Shown here: piece after piece, positions 8,863-17,937 of the stretch
How positions within the stretch are numbered: the stretch's first letter is position 1
Layout: every line of letters starts with the position of its first letter
Assembly (NCBI GenBank): GCA_964536835.1
Contig: CAZIAZ010000002.1
Span: forward strand, 4,912 to 68,911
Direction: 5' to 3'
DNA length: 64,000 nucleotides
Source of the DNA: an uncultured Planctomycetaceae bacterium
GTDB taxonomy: Bacteria > Planctomycetota > Phycisphaerae > SM23-33
The notes under the pieces: generated by a model
Seen by the model: the letters and a program-made list of their open reading frames with translations, nothing else
Database searches by the model: none
Told to the model about the DNA's origin: nothing
Made by a program: the position numbers and the translations under genes

Positions 8863-9960
8863 ATGGCTGATACGCTTATAGACAAACTGGATGAACTTGA
8901 TCGCCGCTTTGAGGAGATTTTTGGACAGATGAACAATCCAGCCGTCGCAGCTGACGGCCAGAAAATCGTCGCCCTGTCCAAAGAGCATGCCTCGTTAGCC
9001 AAGATTGTCATACCGTATCGCAAGTTCCGGCAGCTAGCCAAAAATTGTGATGAAGCGCAGGCTATCCAGAACGACCCCGCCGCCGATGCGGAACTTAAGG
9101 AACTTGCCGAAACTGAAGTTGCGGAACTCCGTCTTGCCGTCAACAATGCGTTGGAAGAGGTCAAAGGCCTGCTCGTAATGAGCGAAGAACAGGAAATAGG
9201 TTCGGTCATAATGGAAATCCGTGCCGGCACCGGCGGCGACGAAGCCGCACTTTTCGCCGGCGACCTGTTGGATATGTATCGTCATTATGCCGAACAGCGC
9301 GGCTGGAAAACGGAAATCATGGATGCCAGTCCCACTGAAATGGGCGGCTTCAAGGAAGTGGTGGTCAACATCAAGGGCGAATCCGTCTGGTCACGTCTGG
9401 GCTATGAAGGCGGCGGCCATCGCGTACAGCGAGTGCCAAAAACAGAAAATCAGGGACGCATCCACACATCCGCAGCCACCGTCGCCGTACTGCCAGAGCC
9501 GGAAGAACTCGACATCCAGATTGATTGGGAAAAAGACGTCCTCGAACACGTAAGCCGCGCAGGCGGCCCGGGCGGCCAAAATGTCAACAAGGTTTCGTCG
9601 GCAATCAAACTTGAACATCTGCCGACCGGCATAACAGTTTCAATGCGAGATGAAAAGTCGCAACACAAAAATCGCGCCAAGGCGAGACAGATTCTGACGG
9701 CTCGCGTTTACGAGCATTTCAGATCGCAGCAGGCGTCGGCAGAATCCGCGGCAAGAAAAGAAATGATAGGCTCTGGTGACCGCTCGCAACGAATCAGAAC
9801 TTACAACTTCCCGCAGAATCGTTGCACTGACCATCGTCTCAAGGGCGAAGGCCAGGAAGGTGCGAATTTTAATCTGGAACGCGTATTAGCCGGCGACCTC
9901 GACCCTATCGTCGATGCGCTGATTGCTCACGATAAGGCACAGCGGCTGGCAAACCTTTAA
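8863..9960 (+). CDS. prfA: peptide chain release factor 1
   Basis: GGQ motif (RAGGPGGQNVNKV). The RF1-type segment IRAGTGGDEAALFAGDLLDMY is present. The rpmE-prfA-queA neighbourhood is typical. Confidence 0.9.
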   Translation: MADTLIDKLDELDRRFEEIFGQMNNPAVAADGQKIVALSKEHASLAKIVIPYRKFRQLAKNCDEAQAIQNDPAADAELKELAETEVAELRLAVNNALEEVKGLLVMSEEQEIGSVIMEIRAGTGGDEAALFAGDLLDMYRHYAEQRGWKTEIMDASPTEMGGFKEVVVNIKGESVWSRLGYEGGGHRVQRVPKTENQGRIHTSAATVAVLPEPEELDIQIDWEKDVLEHVSRAGGPGGQNVNKVSSAIKLEHLPTGITVSMRDEKSQHKNRAKARQILTARVYEHFRSQQASAESAARKEMIGSGDRSQRIRTYNFPQNRCTDHRLKGEGQEGANFNLERVLAGDLDPIVDALIAHDKAQRLANL

Positions 9961-10105
9961 AAAAACAAACCGCATCAGCCAAAACTGTACCTCCATCCGT
10001 ACGCAAAATGAAACAACTGCCAGAAAATTCATACAAGATTGCCCGACTTCTGAAACAATTATATTTGTCTGCATCCATAGCCAACCAGGAACACTGGCGA
10101 CTGAT

Positions 10106-11170
10106 TTGATTTCCACAAAACAATTTGATTATCATCTGCCGGCGGAACTCATCGCACAACATCCCTCCGATGACCGCGCCGCGTCACGTCTCATGCATCT
10201 GACACGGTCGGATGGGAAAATCAACCATCGTACTTTTGCAGACATCGTCGAACTTCTTCAGCCCGGCGACCTGCTCATTGTCAACAATACCCGCGTAATT
10301 CCTGCCCGCTTTTACTGTCGGCGCGAGTCAGGCGCGCAGATTGAAGGATTGTTTGTAAAATATCTTGCCGATAACTGCTGGGAAGTGATGCTCAAAAACG
10401 CAACCCGTTGCAAAGAAGGCGAGACAGTCTTTTTCCGGAATGATGAGTTGCAAGGCTTGCGGCTCATGCAGCGACTGGGGCAGGGCCTGTGGAAAGTTTT
10501 GCCGCAACCAGCCGGCCTGGCGGAAGAAATTCTTGACCGCCTCGGCAGAACTCCATTGCCGCCGTACATACACCGTGAACAACTCTCGCCAGACGAAGAA
10601 GACCGCGACAGATATCAGACTGTTTTTGCCAGAACGCCAGGCGCCGTAGCCGCACCAACGGCAGGCCTCCACTTCACGCAAAAATTACTCGAAAAACTCC
10701 AGGCGCGCGGCATATCAATGGCTGACGTAACACTACACGTAGGATTGGGCACATTTCTGCCGGTAAAAGTCGATGACGCCTCAAAACACGAAATGCACAG
10801 CGAATGGTATGAAATATCCGCACAAACGGCAGAGGCAATCGGTTCGGCAAAACGCGACGGCCGACGTGTTATTGCCATCGGCACGACCAGCGTGCGTGTG
10901 CTTGAATCCGTAACCAGAAGATTTGATAAAAAAATTCAGCCATGCAGCGGCGAAACAAAACTCTTCCTCTACCCGTCGGCGGAATTTTACGCAGTCGACG
11001 CAATGATAACGAATTTCCATCTGCCGCAAAGTACTTTGCTAATGCTTGTAGCCGCATTTTGTTGTCCTGGCGGAAATAAAGGCATACAAATGATACTCGA
11101 CGCATATGCACAGGCGGTGCAACAACAATACCGCTTTTTCTCATACGGCGATGCCATGTTCATAGAATGA
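10106..11170 (+). CDS. queA: S-adenosylmethionine:tRNA ribosyltransferase-isomerase
   Basis: The QueA signature FDYHLPAELIAQHP lies near the N-terminus. I chose a TTG start at 10106. The table ORF extends back to 9923 and overlaps prfA, which is unlikely to be real. Confidence 0.8.
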   Translation: MISTKQFDYHLPAELIAQHPSDDRAASRLMHLTRSDGKINHRTFADIVELLQPGDLLIVNNTRVIPARFYCRRESGAQIEGLFVKYLADNCWEVMLKNATRCKEGETVFFRNDELQGLRLMQRLGQGLWKVLPQPAGLAEEILDRLGRTPLPPYIHREQLSPDEEDRDRYQTVFARTPGAVAAPTAGLHFTQKLLEKLQARGISMADVTLHVGLGTFLPVKVDDASKHEMHSEWYEISAQTAEAIGSAKRDGRRVIAIGTTSVRVLESVTRRFDKKIQPCSGETKLFLYPSAEFYAVDAMITNFHLPQSTLLMLVAAFCCPGGNKGIQMILDAYAQAVQQQYRFFSYGDAMFIE

Positions 11171-12063
11171 CGCGAATACTCGTAACAAGCGATTTGCATT
11201 ATGACGTCAAACGTTCGCAGGACGCTGCGGAACGGCTGGCAACTCACGCGTGCAAAACCGGCGGCGACGCGATTGTACTGGCAGGCGATACGGCTGGAGC
11301 GGATTTGGAAAAATTCTCGCAGGCGCTTGCACTGTTCAAAAATTTTTCCGGCCAAAAATTACTCGTGCCAGGCAACCACTGCCTGTGGTGCAATCCTATC
11401 GGCATTGACGGATTACCGCCCGACGCCTCTATTGAACGATATGAAAAACTCATCCCGCAGGTTGCGGAAGAGCACGGGTTTGCAGTGCTCGACCAACAAC
11501 CACTCGTAATGGACGGAACAGGTCTTGTCGGCTCGGTGGGATGGTACGACTATTCCATGCGATGCGAATCACTCGGAATCCCGCTGGATTTTTATCGTAT
11601 CAAACTTTCGCCAGGCGCGGCTAGATACATGGGCGGCTACGAAACTCTTTTGGAAAAATACGGCAATATATTGACGCAGGAGCATATGTCATTGGGAGTA
11701 AGATGGATGGACGGTTTTCGAGTGCGACTGGGAATGAGCGATGAGGCTTTTTTGAATTCACTGCTCGCCAAACTTAAGCGCCAACTGGAAGAAATTTCGC
11801 GACACGCAGATAGAATCATCGCATTCATTCACCACCTTCCGTTCATGGAATTAGTTCCGCAAAAACGTCCGATGCGATTTGCTTTTGCGGCGGCCTATCT
11901 CGGCTCGATCAGGATAGGTCAATTATTGCGGAATTTCGAAAATGTTACGGATATATTTTGCGGCCATTCACATTGGCCGGCGAAATATAATGACGGCAAA
12001 ATAATCGCCACGGCAATGGGTAATACGTATCTGGAAAAAAGACTGACTATCGTAGAATGTTGA
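11167..12063 (+). CDS. calcineurin-like metallophosphoesterase
   Basis: Motifs SDLHYD, LAGDTAG and GNHCLW are present. A 4-bp overlap with queA suggests co-transcription. Confidence 0.65.
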   Translation: MTRILVTSDLHYDVKRSQDAAERLATHACKTGGDAIVLAGDTAGADLEKFSQALALFKNFSGQKLLVPGNHCLWCNPIGIDGLPPDASIERYEKLIPQVAEEHGFAVLDQQPLVMDGTGLVGSVGWYDYSMRCESLGIPLDFYRIKLSPGAARYMGGYETLLEKYGNILTQEHMSLGVRWMDGFRVRLGMSDEAFLNSLLAKLKRQLEEISRHADRIIAFIHHLPFMELVPQKRPMRFAFAAAYLGSIRIGQLLRNFENVTDIFCGHSHWPAKYNDGKIIATAMGNTYLEKRLTIVEC

Positions 12064-12091
12064 ATTTACGGCTGCCGCGAAAAATGCAAAA

Positions 12092-14152
12092 TTATCTTTC
12101 ACCCGTCAAAATTTCAAGACGACGGATGTCATCTTTGGCTATTCGCAGATTATACGTCGCATAAGTGAAAGACGGATTTATCTGGAGCGTTTTTTCAAAA
12201 AATTCTTTTGCACTGCGGAAATCATGGAGAGCTTCTTCATTTTTGCCGGCTGATTCATATTTCATACCTCTCAACGCCAGCGTAGCGCCAAGCTCGAAAT
12301 ACGCCTCAGGCATATTTTTATCTTCCGCAATCAATTCCTCAAAAACCTCTATAGCCTGGTCATACCACCCCATGCGTTCAAGAGTAGACGCACCCAGATG
12401 CAGATTTATCGCCGGCCGCGTAGGACTGGACTCCCGCAGGTAGGCAATATATTTTCTGACATCAAAATTTTCTGGGGTAATTCTTTTTTGTCTGGCAAGA
12501 ATTGCATTGGGACCATCATTGCGGATGAACAATGCCTGTCTCACATCCAGGTCAACAAGACAGAATTTTTTATCCCTTGAAAGTTTTTCCAGCAAAGGCC
12601 TGTTGAAATCGCTCGTGCGCAATACAACGATTTGAACATCATATTTGTAGCACGCTTCATCAAACGACTTTTTCCCCCTGACATATTCTTCGTTCTCGGT
12701 CAGGCAAGACGGCTGACAGGCAAAGGTACATGAAAAACCCGGTACTTGCGGGCGAGATTTTACAAAAAACCAGATATTGCTTGTCGAACCGAAATCGCAC
12801 CAGATTCGTCCGACCGGCTGATAAGTGTTAATCCAGTCTATCGCCGAAAACGGCACGTCAAGTTCCGATTGCCCGCAATCAAAACGAAACATGCGACGAT
12901 CATAGCTATAAATCCTATTAGTGATTACCAGATATCCGGTCGTAATGCCTGCGGAAATAACAACAACGCTCAAAAATAACAGCACCACTTTACGAACATT
13001 GTTCTTCCACGGCGATATGATACTCCAGATGCATTCCGTCGCCATCGGAAGCATTACCACACACGACGGCAAAATATTCCTTCGCATGGTCAACGATTGT
13101 GCAACCATAAGCAGCATAAGTCCGACCATTAACCATTTGCGGCGATATAGCCCGCATATACATCCTGCTCCGACCAGTCCGAGTGAAATCACGTAAGTAT
13201 GAAAAATCGACGTCTGCTGCCAGTTGTCATTATCAAACGGGCTGAACAATTCAGTTATGCTGTTTATCGGAATTTGAGTATCCTGAGCAGCCTGCCGCAA
13301 ATAAAGCAGCATCTCAAACGGAAACATAAATAATCGCCACGGGCTGGGACTGACAAAACTTGCGGCTATCACGACAAAAAAGGCAATCGCAAGCCGCCGC
13401 AAAACTGGCAGATATTCCGCAGCATCGCCTTTACGATATTTTTGCCACAGCCACAGAATCGCAGTTTCGCATAACGGCAAAAATACAAACAGCCAGCCAA
13501 GAAGAAAATAACTGTGTACATTGACCATAAATATCTGAATCACGGCTAATAAAAATATTTTCTTCCAGGACAACACATCCAGCCGGCCCATATAAAACCC
13601 CAGCATCACGTGCAGATTACACAGCATGAAAATATAAGAAAAAAGTTCAGGCCTTATATAAAATCGCTCGTAGCCGGCAAAACTGCAAAGAAGAATCACC
13701 ACGCCACCCAACGAAGCCGGCAATCCCAACCGCACACACAGCCACCCCGTCAATCCGAGTATGCTGCCGACGAGAATCAGGGTCAACACGAAAATTCCGT
13801 CAAATCCCCAATTGTCGTAAAACCACCACATAACAGCCTGCGTGCCCCAACTGACAGGAACAATACGCATCACGCCGTTGTCGTCCCACCACTCTCCAGG
13901 GCCGATATCAGTTTTATCATCGGTTTTCACATAAACAAAATTGCTTTCTCTGACAAAACTGCCCGTCTTCCAGAGATGTTCACCGAATGAAAGATGATAG
14001 CCGATATCGGCATTGCCCACAGGCCGTACGGCAAAAAGAATGCACGCCGCAAACGCAACCACAAGCGCCAGCCAATCGCATGTTTTCGCCAGGTACGACG
14101 AAAACAATTTTGGCGGCTTACTCGATATTTCATGGATAGCCGTTGAAGTCAT
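12092..14152 (-). CDS. polytopic membrane protein with C-terminal TPR repeats
   Basis: 686 aa with about 12 hydrophobic segments in the first 450 aa. The C-terminal ~150 aa carries a TPR-like pattern (EAYFELGATLALRGMKYESAGKNEEALHDFRSAKEFFEKTLQINP). Confidence 0.45.
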   Translation of the reverse strand: MTSTAIHEISSKPPKLFSSYLAKTCDWLALVVAFAACILFAVRPVGNADIGYHLSFGEHLWKTGSFVRESNFVYVKTDDKTDIGPGEWWDDNGVMRIVPVSWGTQAVMWWFYDNWGFDGIFVLTLILVGSILGLTGWLCVRLGLPASLGGVVILLCSFAGYERFYIRPELFSYIFMLCNLHVMLGFYMGRLDVLSWKKIFLLAVIQIFMVNVHSYFLLGWLFVFLPLCETAILWLWQKYRKGDAAEYLPVLRRLAIAFFVVIAASFVSPSPWRLFMFPFEMLLYLRQAAQDTQIPINSITELFSPFDNDNWQQTSIFHTYVISLGLVGAGCICGLYRRKWLMVGLMLLMVAQSLTMRRNILPSCVVMLPMATECIWSIISPWKNNVRKVVLLFLSVVVISAGITTGYLVITNRIYSYDRRMFRFDCGQSELDVPFSAIDWINTYQPVGRIWCDFGSTSNIWFFVKSRPQVPGFSCTFACQPSCLTENEEYVRGKKSFDEACYKYDVQIVVLRTSDFNRPLLEKLSRDKKFCLVDLDVRQALFIRNDGPNAILARQKRITPENFDVRKYIAYLRESSPTRPAINLHLGASTLERMGWYDQAIEVFEELIAEDKNMPEAYFELGATLALRGMKYESAGKNEEALHDFRSAKEFFEKTLQINPSFTYATYNLRIAKDDIRRLEILTGER

Positions 14153-14155
14153 ATA

Positions 14156-14967
14156 TCAATGATGAGGGCTTTGGCCCCATTTGAGTTTATTGGAAAGCAG
14201 CTGCGTATAATGACGTTCAGGATGGGGGAATATTTTGAGGGTCACATCGGCTTTTCGCACGACAATCGATTGGCCGGCACAGAGTTTATGCGATATCTGG
14301 CCGTCGATTATCAGCGTAGTGCCGGCATTTGCGCCCATGACGTTTATATGTACCGGCGCAAATGTGTCCAGCACTATAGGCCGTAATGACAGCGTATGAG
14401 GGGCTATGGGCGAGACGGCTATGGCGTCAAGAGTGGGTTGAAGCACCGGCCCGCCGACGGAAAGATTGTAGCCTGTCGATCCTGTAGGCGTGGCAACCAC
14501 CAGGCCATCGCCGCGGAATCGTGCCAGCATATTTTCATCGTGCGAAAAACTCAGGTCTATCATGCGAAAAGGCGCTCCTGCCGATATTGCGAGATCGTTA
14601 ACGGCAAGGCTGCAGAAATCACAGCAGCACACGTCCAGCATTATACGCTCAACGGGTTTTATTTTCCCTTCAACAAGAGCGGGAAGAAAGCGGTAAAGTT
14701 CATCCAGATTATATTCAGCCAGAAATCCCAGCTTGCCCATGTTCACGCCGATAAACGGTATGCCCAGCCGCGCAAGCCGCCTGCCCGCGGAAAGAAGCGT
14801 GCCGTCACCGCCGAACACTAGGCACATGTCAGATTTCGGCAAATCATCGACTGCTACGGTATGTGGAAACACGCCGCCAAGAAGGCCACGTTTTTCAAGC
14901 CTTTTGCTGGCGGATTCCACCGCTTCACAGACATCCTGTCTTTCCATGTTGCCGAGAATAATCATTT
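14156..14967 (-). CDS. nadK: NAD+ kinase
   Basis: GGDGTLL motif. The start is set to MIILGNMER, where the sequence reads TGA-AA-ATG directly after the rpsA stop. The table ORF runs to 15175 and would overlap rpsA. Confidence 0.8.
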
Positions 14968-14975
14968 TCAAACCT

Positions 14976-16508
14976 CTATCCGAGTCGCAATTCTCCAAAA
15001 GGCGTCCGCGCCGTACCGCCGTCAAGTCCACCCTTGCGCTTTTTGGATTTTTTTGTTTCGGTGTTATTGACCCGTTTGAGATCATCCATCGTTCCCTGCG
15101 ATTCGGCAGCAGCTTGGCCGGCGGCATCTTCCTGAAGTTTTTTAAGTGAAAGCGAAATGCGACGCCGCTGTTCATCGACTTCCAGAACGACGGCTTTTAC
15201 GGCTTGGCCTTCACGCACGACTTCATGTGCCGAATTCACGCGTTTTGGCGAAAGCTGGCTGATGTGAACAAGTCCTTCAACTCCCTCGCCCAAACTTACA
15301 AAAGCGCCGAATTCGGTTATGCGGGTAACCGTACCTTCAGCCACACTGCCAGCCGGCCAGCGTACTTCGGCGCCCACCCACGGATCATCGCCTATGCGTT
15401 TAAGCGACAGACTCATACGGTGATTTTCCGGCTCGATTTTAAGAACGCGGAGTTTAACCATATCGCCTACGTTGAGCACTTCACGCGGATGGCCGATACG
15501 TCGTCCGAATGAGAGTTCGCTTATCGGCACAAGTCCTTCAACACCAGGCTCAAGTTCCACGAACGCGCCGAAATCCATCAGTTTGACGACTTTGCCCGTC
15601 ACTAACGAATCTGCCGGATAATTCACCGCTGCCGAATCCCACGGATCCGCCAGATTCTGCTTGAGGCCGAGGCCCACACGGTTGTTTTCACGGTCGAGGC
15701 TGATAACCTTGAGTTCGAGTTTCTGGCCGAGCTGAACTATATCCTGCGGTTTTTCAACGCGGGAATGCGCCATATCTTTTATATGCAGCAAGCCGTCTAT
15801 ACCGCCAATATCGACAAACGCGCCATACGGCATGATACTGCGAACTGTACCCTGTACAATCATGCCTTCATGGATATTTTTCCACAGTTCTTCAGCCTTG
15901 GCGTCGACTTCGCGCTGAAGCAGAATCTTCCGCGACACGATTACATTCGAATTTGCGCGGTCAACTTCCGTGACTTCGCATTCAAGCCGCTGATTAACAA
16001 ATTCGCCCATCGCTTCGGTTTCTATGCGTTCGAGAGCTATCTGGCTAATCGGCATAAATGCACGAATGCCGTTTATGTCCACATCGAGGCCGCCCTTGTT
16101 AAAACCAGTCACGCGTCCTTCGACTTTAAGGCCTTTCTGAATGGTATCCCATGCGGCTGCCTGCACGGCACCCTGGCGGCTCAGACGGATAAGACCTTCG
16201 CCTGGAATCACGCCTTCTATCACTACTTCAATCTCATCGCCGACAGCCGGCAATTCGCCGTCACGAAATTGGTCTGTCCCTATAACGCCATCCTGGCGAG
16301 AACCGATATTTACAAAAATATCTTCGCCGTTGATGTCCATGACCTTACCTTTGATGATTTTGTCGCTTTTAATTCGCGCGGCAGAATGACTTTTCTCTTC
16401 CTCGGCGATAAGGTCGTCGATATTCATATCGCCAAGCGCGTCGGCTATCTCCTGTTCAAGCGACGGGTCGAGCTGAGTTTTAGGGTTAAAATAATTGTCG
16501 TTCATCAC
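14976..16508 (-). CDS. rpsA: 30S ribosomal protein S1
   Basis: 510 aa with several S1 domain repeats, and an acidic N-terminus. The true start is probably the ATG at 16505. Confidence 0.8.
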   Translation of the reverse strand: MMNDNYFNPKTQLDPSLEQEIADALGDMNIDDLIAEEEKSHSAARIKSDKIIKGKVMDINGEDIFVNIGSRQDGVIGTDQFRDGELPAVGDEIEVVIEGVIPGEGLIRLSRQGAVQAAAWDTIQKGLKVEGRVTGFNKGGLDVDINGIRAFMPISQIALERIETEAMGEFVNQRLECEVTEVDRANSNVIVSRKILLQREVDAKAEELWKNIHEGMIVQGTVRSIMPYGAFVDIGGIDGLLHIKDMAHSRVEKPQDIVQLGQKLELKVISLDRENNRVGLGLKQNLADPWDSAAVNYPADSLVTGKVVKLMDFGAFVELEPGVEGLVPISELSFGRRIGHPREVLNVGDMVKLRVLKIEPENHRMSLSLKRIGDDPWVGAEVRWPAGSVAEGTVTRITEFGAFVSLGEGVEGLVHISQLSPKRVNSAHEVVREGQAVKAVVLEVDEQRRRISLSLKKLQEDAAGQAAAESQGTMDDLKRVNNTETKKSKKRKGGLDGGTARTPFGELRLG

Positions 16509-16522
16509 TTTTTATATCCTTG

Positions 16523-17911
16523 TTATGCCTTTAATTTCCTGCTCCAGTAAGCAAGTTGCTGTTTGAGTTGTTTAGGGCCGCCAGCGCCAGCCGGCGAATA
16601 ATGCGTCACGACGTTAGCTGCCGTGAGACTGTTTCTGACGTCATCACCGAAGACGGGTGAAAAATTCTGCAATTCCGCAAGCGAAAGCTCCGCCAGCGAT
16701 TTGCCGACAGCGTCAGCCGCCGCCACCGCCCTGCCCACGATATGATGCGCCGTCCGGAACGGCACAGCCTTGTTCACAAGATATTCCGCAAGACTCGTTG
16801 CGTCAAGAAAACCCTTGTCAATGTTGGCCGTTATGGACTTTTCGCAAAATGTGGTGCTTTCAATCAGGCCAGGCATGACGGCAAGTACGTCCGACATTGT
16901 CGCCACCGACGCGAACGCGAAACGTTTGTCGTCCTGCATATCACGGTCATACGCCAGCGGCAGACCTTTTATAAGCGTCAACATGCCAATAAGCTGGGCA
17001 ATGCCGGCAGCACTTTTGCCGCGTATCAATTCAAGCGTATCGGCGTTTTTCTTCTGCGGCATCATCGAACTACTGGTACAATAAGCATCGTGCAGGCTGA
17101 TGAGTGCAAACTCGCCGGACGAATAAATTATCCAGTCTTCAGCCCAGCGTGACAGATGCACTCCCATCAAGGCTACGTCGAAACAGAGTTCCGCGAGAAA
17201 ATCACGGTCGCTCGTGGCGTCGATGCTGTTTCTCGTAATATTCTCGAAACCGAGTGCCGCAGCGGTAAATTCGCGGTTGAGCGGGATACTCGTACCTGCG
17301 ACCGCTCCGCTGCCAAGCGGCGAAACATTGATTCTCCTGCGTGCGTCCGCAAGCCGCTCGGCGTCCCGCTCAAGCATCTCCACATATGCAAGCAATGAAT
17401 GGCCGGCTACTATCGGCTGCGCTCGCTGCAGGTGAGTATACGCCGGCATGACAAGCTGACCCTGTTTTTTTGCAAGTGACACAAATGCCTTCTGCACCCG
17501 ACGAACGGCATCGATGAGATTATCGGCGGCATCGCGTGCCCACAGCCGCAGGTCGAGAGCGACCTGATCGTTGCGGCTTCTGCCGGTATGCAGCTTGCCG
17601 CCGACAGGACCTATGCGACGTATAAGCTCAGCCTCGATTACCATATGAATATCTTCAAGCGAGACATCGGGCGTTATAGCATTTTTTTCAAAATCTGCGG
17701 CAATGTCGAGCAGGCCTTTTTTAATACGGGCGAATTCGGCCTTGTTTATGATACCTTCTTTGCAGAGCATTTCCGCATGTGCAATCGAGCCGGCGATGTC
17801 ATACCGCCAAAGCCGACAGTCAACGTCTATGCTCGCCAGCAGCCGAGCCGTTGCCGCATCTGCATCAGCCTTCAGGCGGCCCTGCCATGATTTTTTGGAT
17901 TCTTTGGCCAT
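16523..17911 (-). CDS. argH: argininosuccinate lyase
   Basis: Fumarate-lyase signature GSSMMPQKKNADTLELIRGK. The N-terminus WQGRL...RLWRYDIAGSIAHAEML is typical of ArgH. Confidence 0.9.
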   Translation of the reverse strand: MAKESKKSWQGRLKADADAATARLLASIDVDCRLWRYDIAGSIAHAEMLCKEGIINKAEFARIKKGLLDIAADFEKNAITPDVSLEDIHMVIEAELIRRIGPVGGKLHTGRSRNDQVALDLRLWARDAADNLIDAVRRVQKAFVSLAKKQGQLVMPAYTHLQRAQPIVAGHSLLAYVEMLERDAERLADARRRINVSPLGSGAVAGTSIPLNREFTAAALGFENITRNSIDATSDRDFLAELCFDVALMGVHLSRWAEDWIIYSSGEFALISLHDAYCTSSSMMPQKKNADTLELIRGKSAAGIAQLIGMLTLIKGLPLAYDRDMQDDKRFAFASVATMSDVLAVMPGLIESTTFCEKSITANIDKGFLDATSLAEYLVNKAVPFRTAHHIVGRAVAAADAVGKSLAELSLAELQNFSPVFGDDVRNSLTAANVVTHYSPAGAGGPKQLKQQLAYWSRKLKA

Positions 17912-17937
17912 CGCAATTCATCTCCGCAAATATGTTT

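Noticed and set aside
9923-10105. N-terminal extension of queA that overlaps the end of prfA
   Set aside because: QueA homology begins at about 10110 (FDYHLPAEL). The extension has no start-codon or SD support.
14968-15175. 70-aa N-terminal extension of nadK
   Set aside because: It would overlap the rpsA 3' end. The sequence shows TGA-AA-ATG coupling at 14965-14978 instead.
15765-16550. 261-aa plus-strand ORF
   Set aside because: It is antisense to rpsA. Its composition is driven by the S1-domain codons on the opposite strand.
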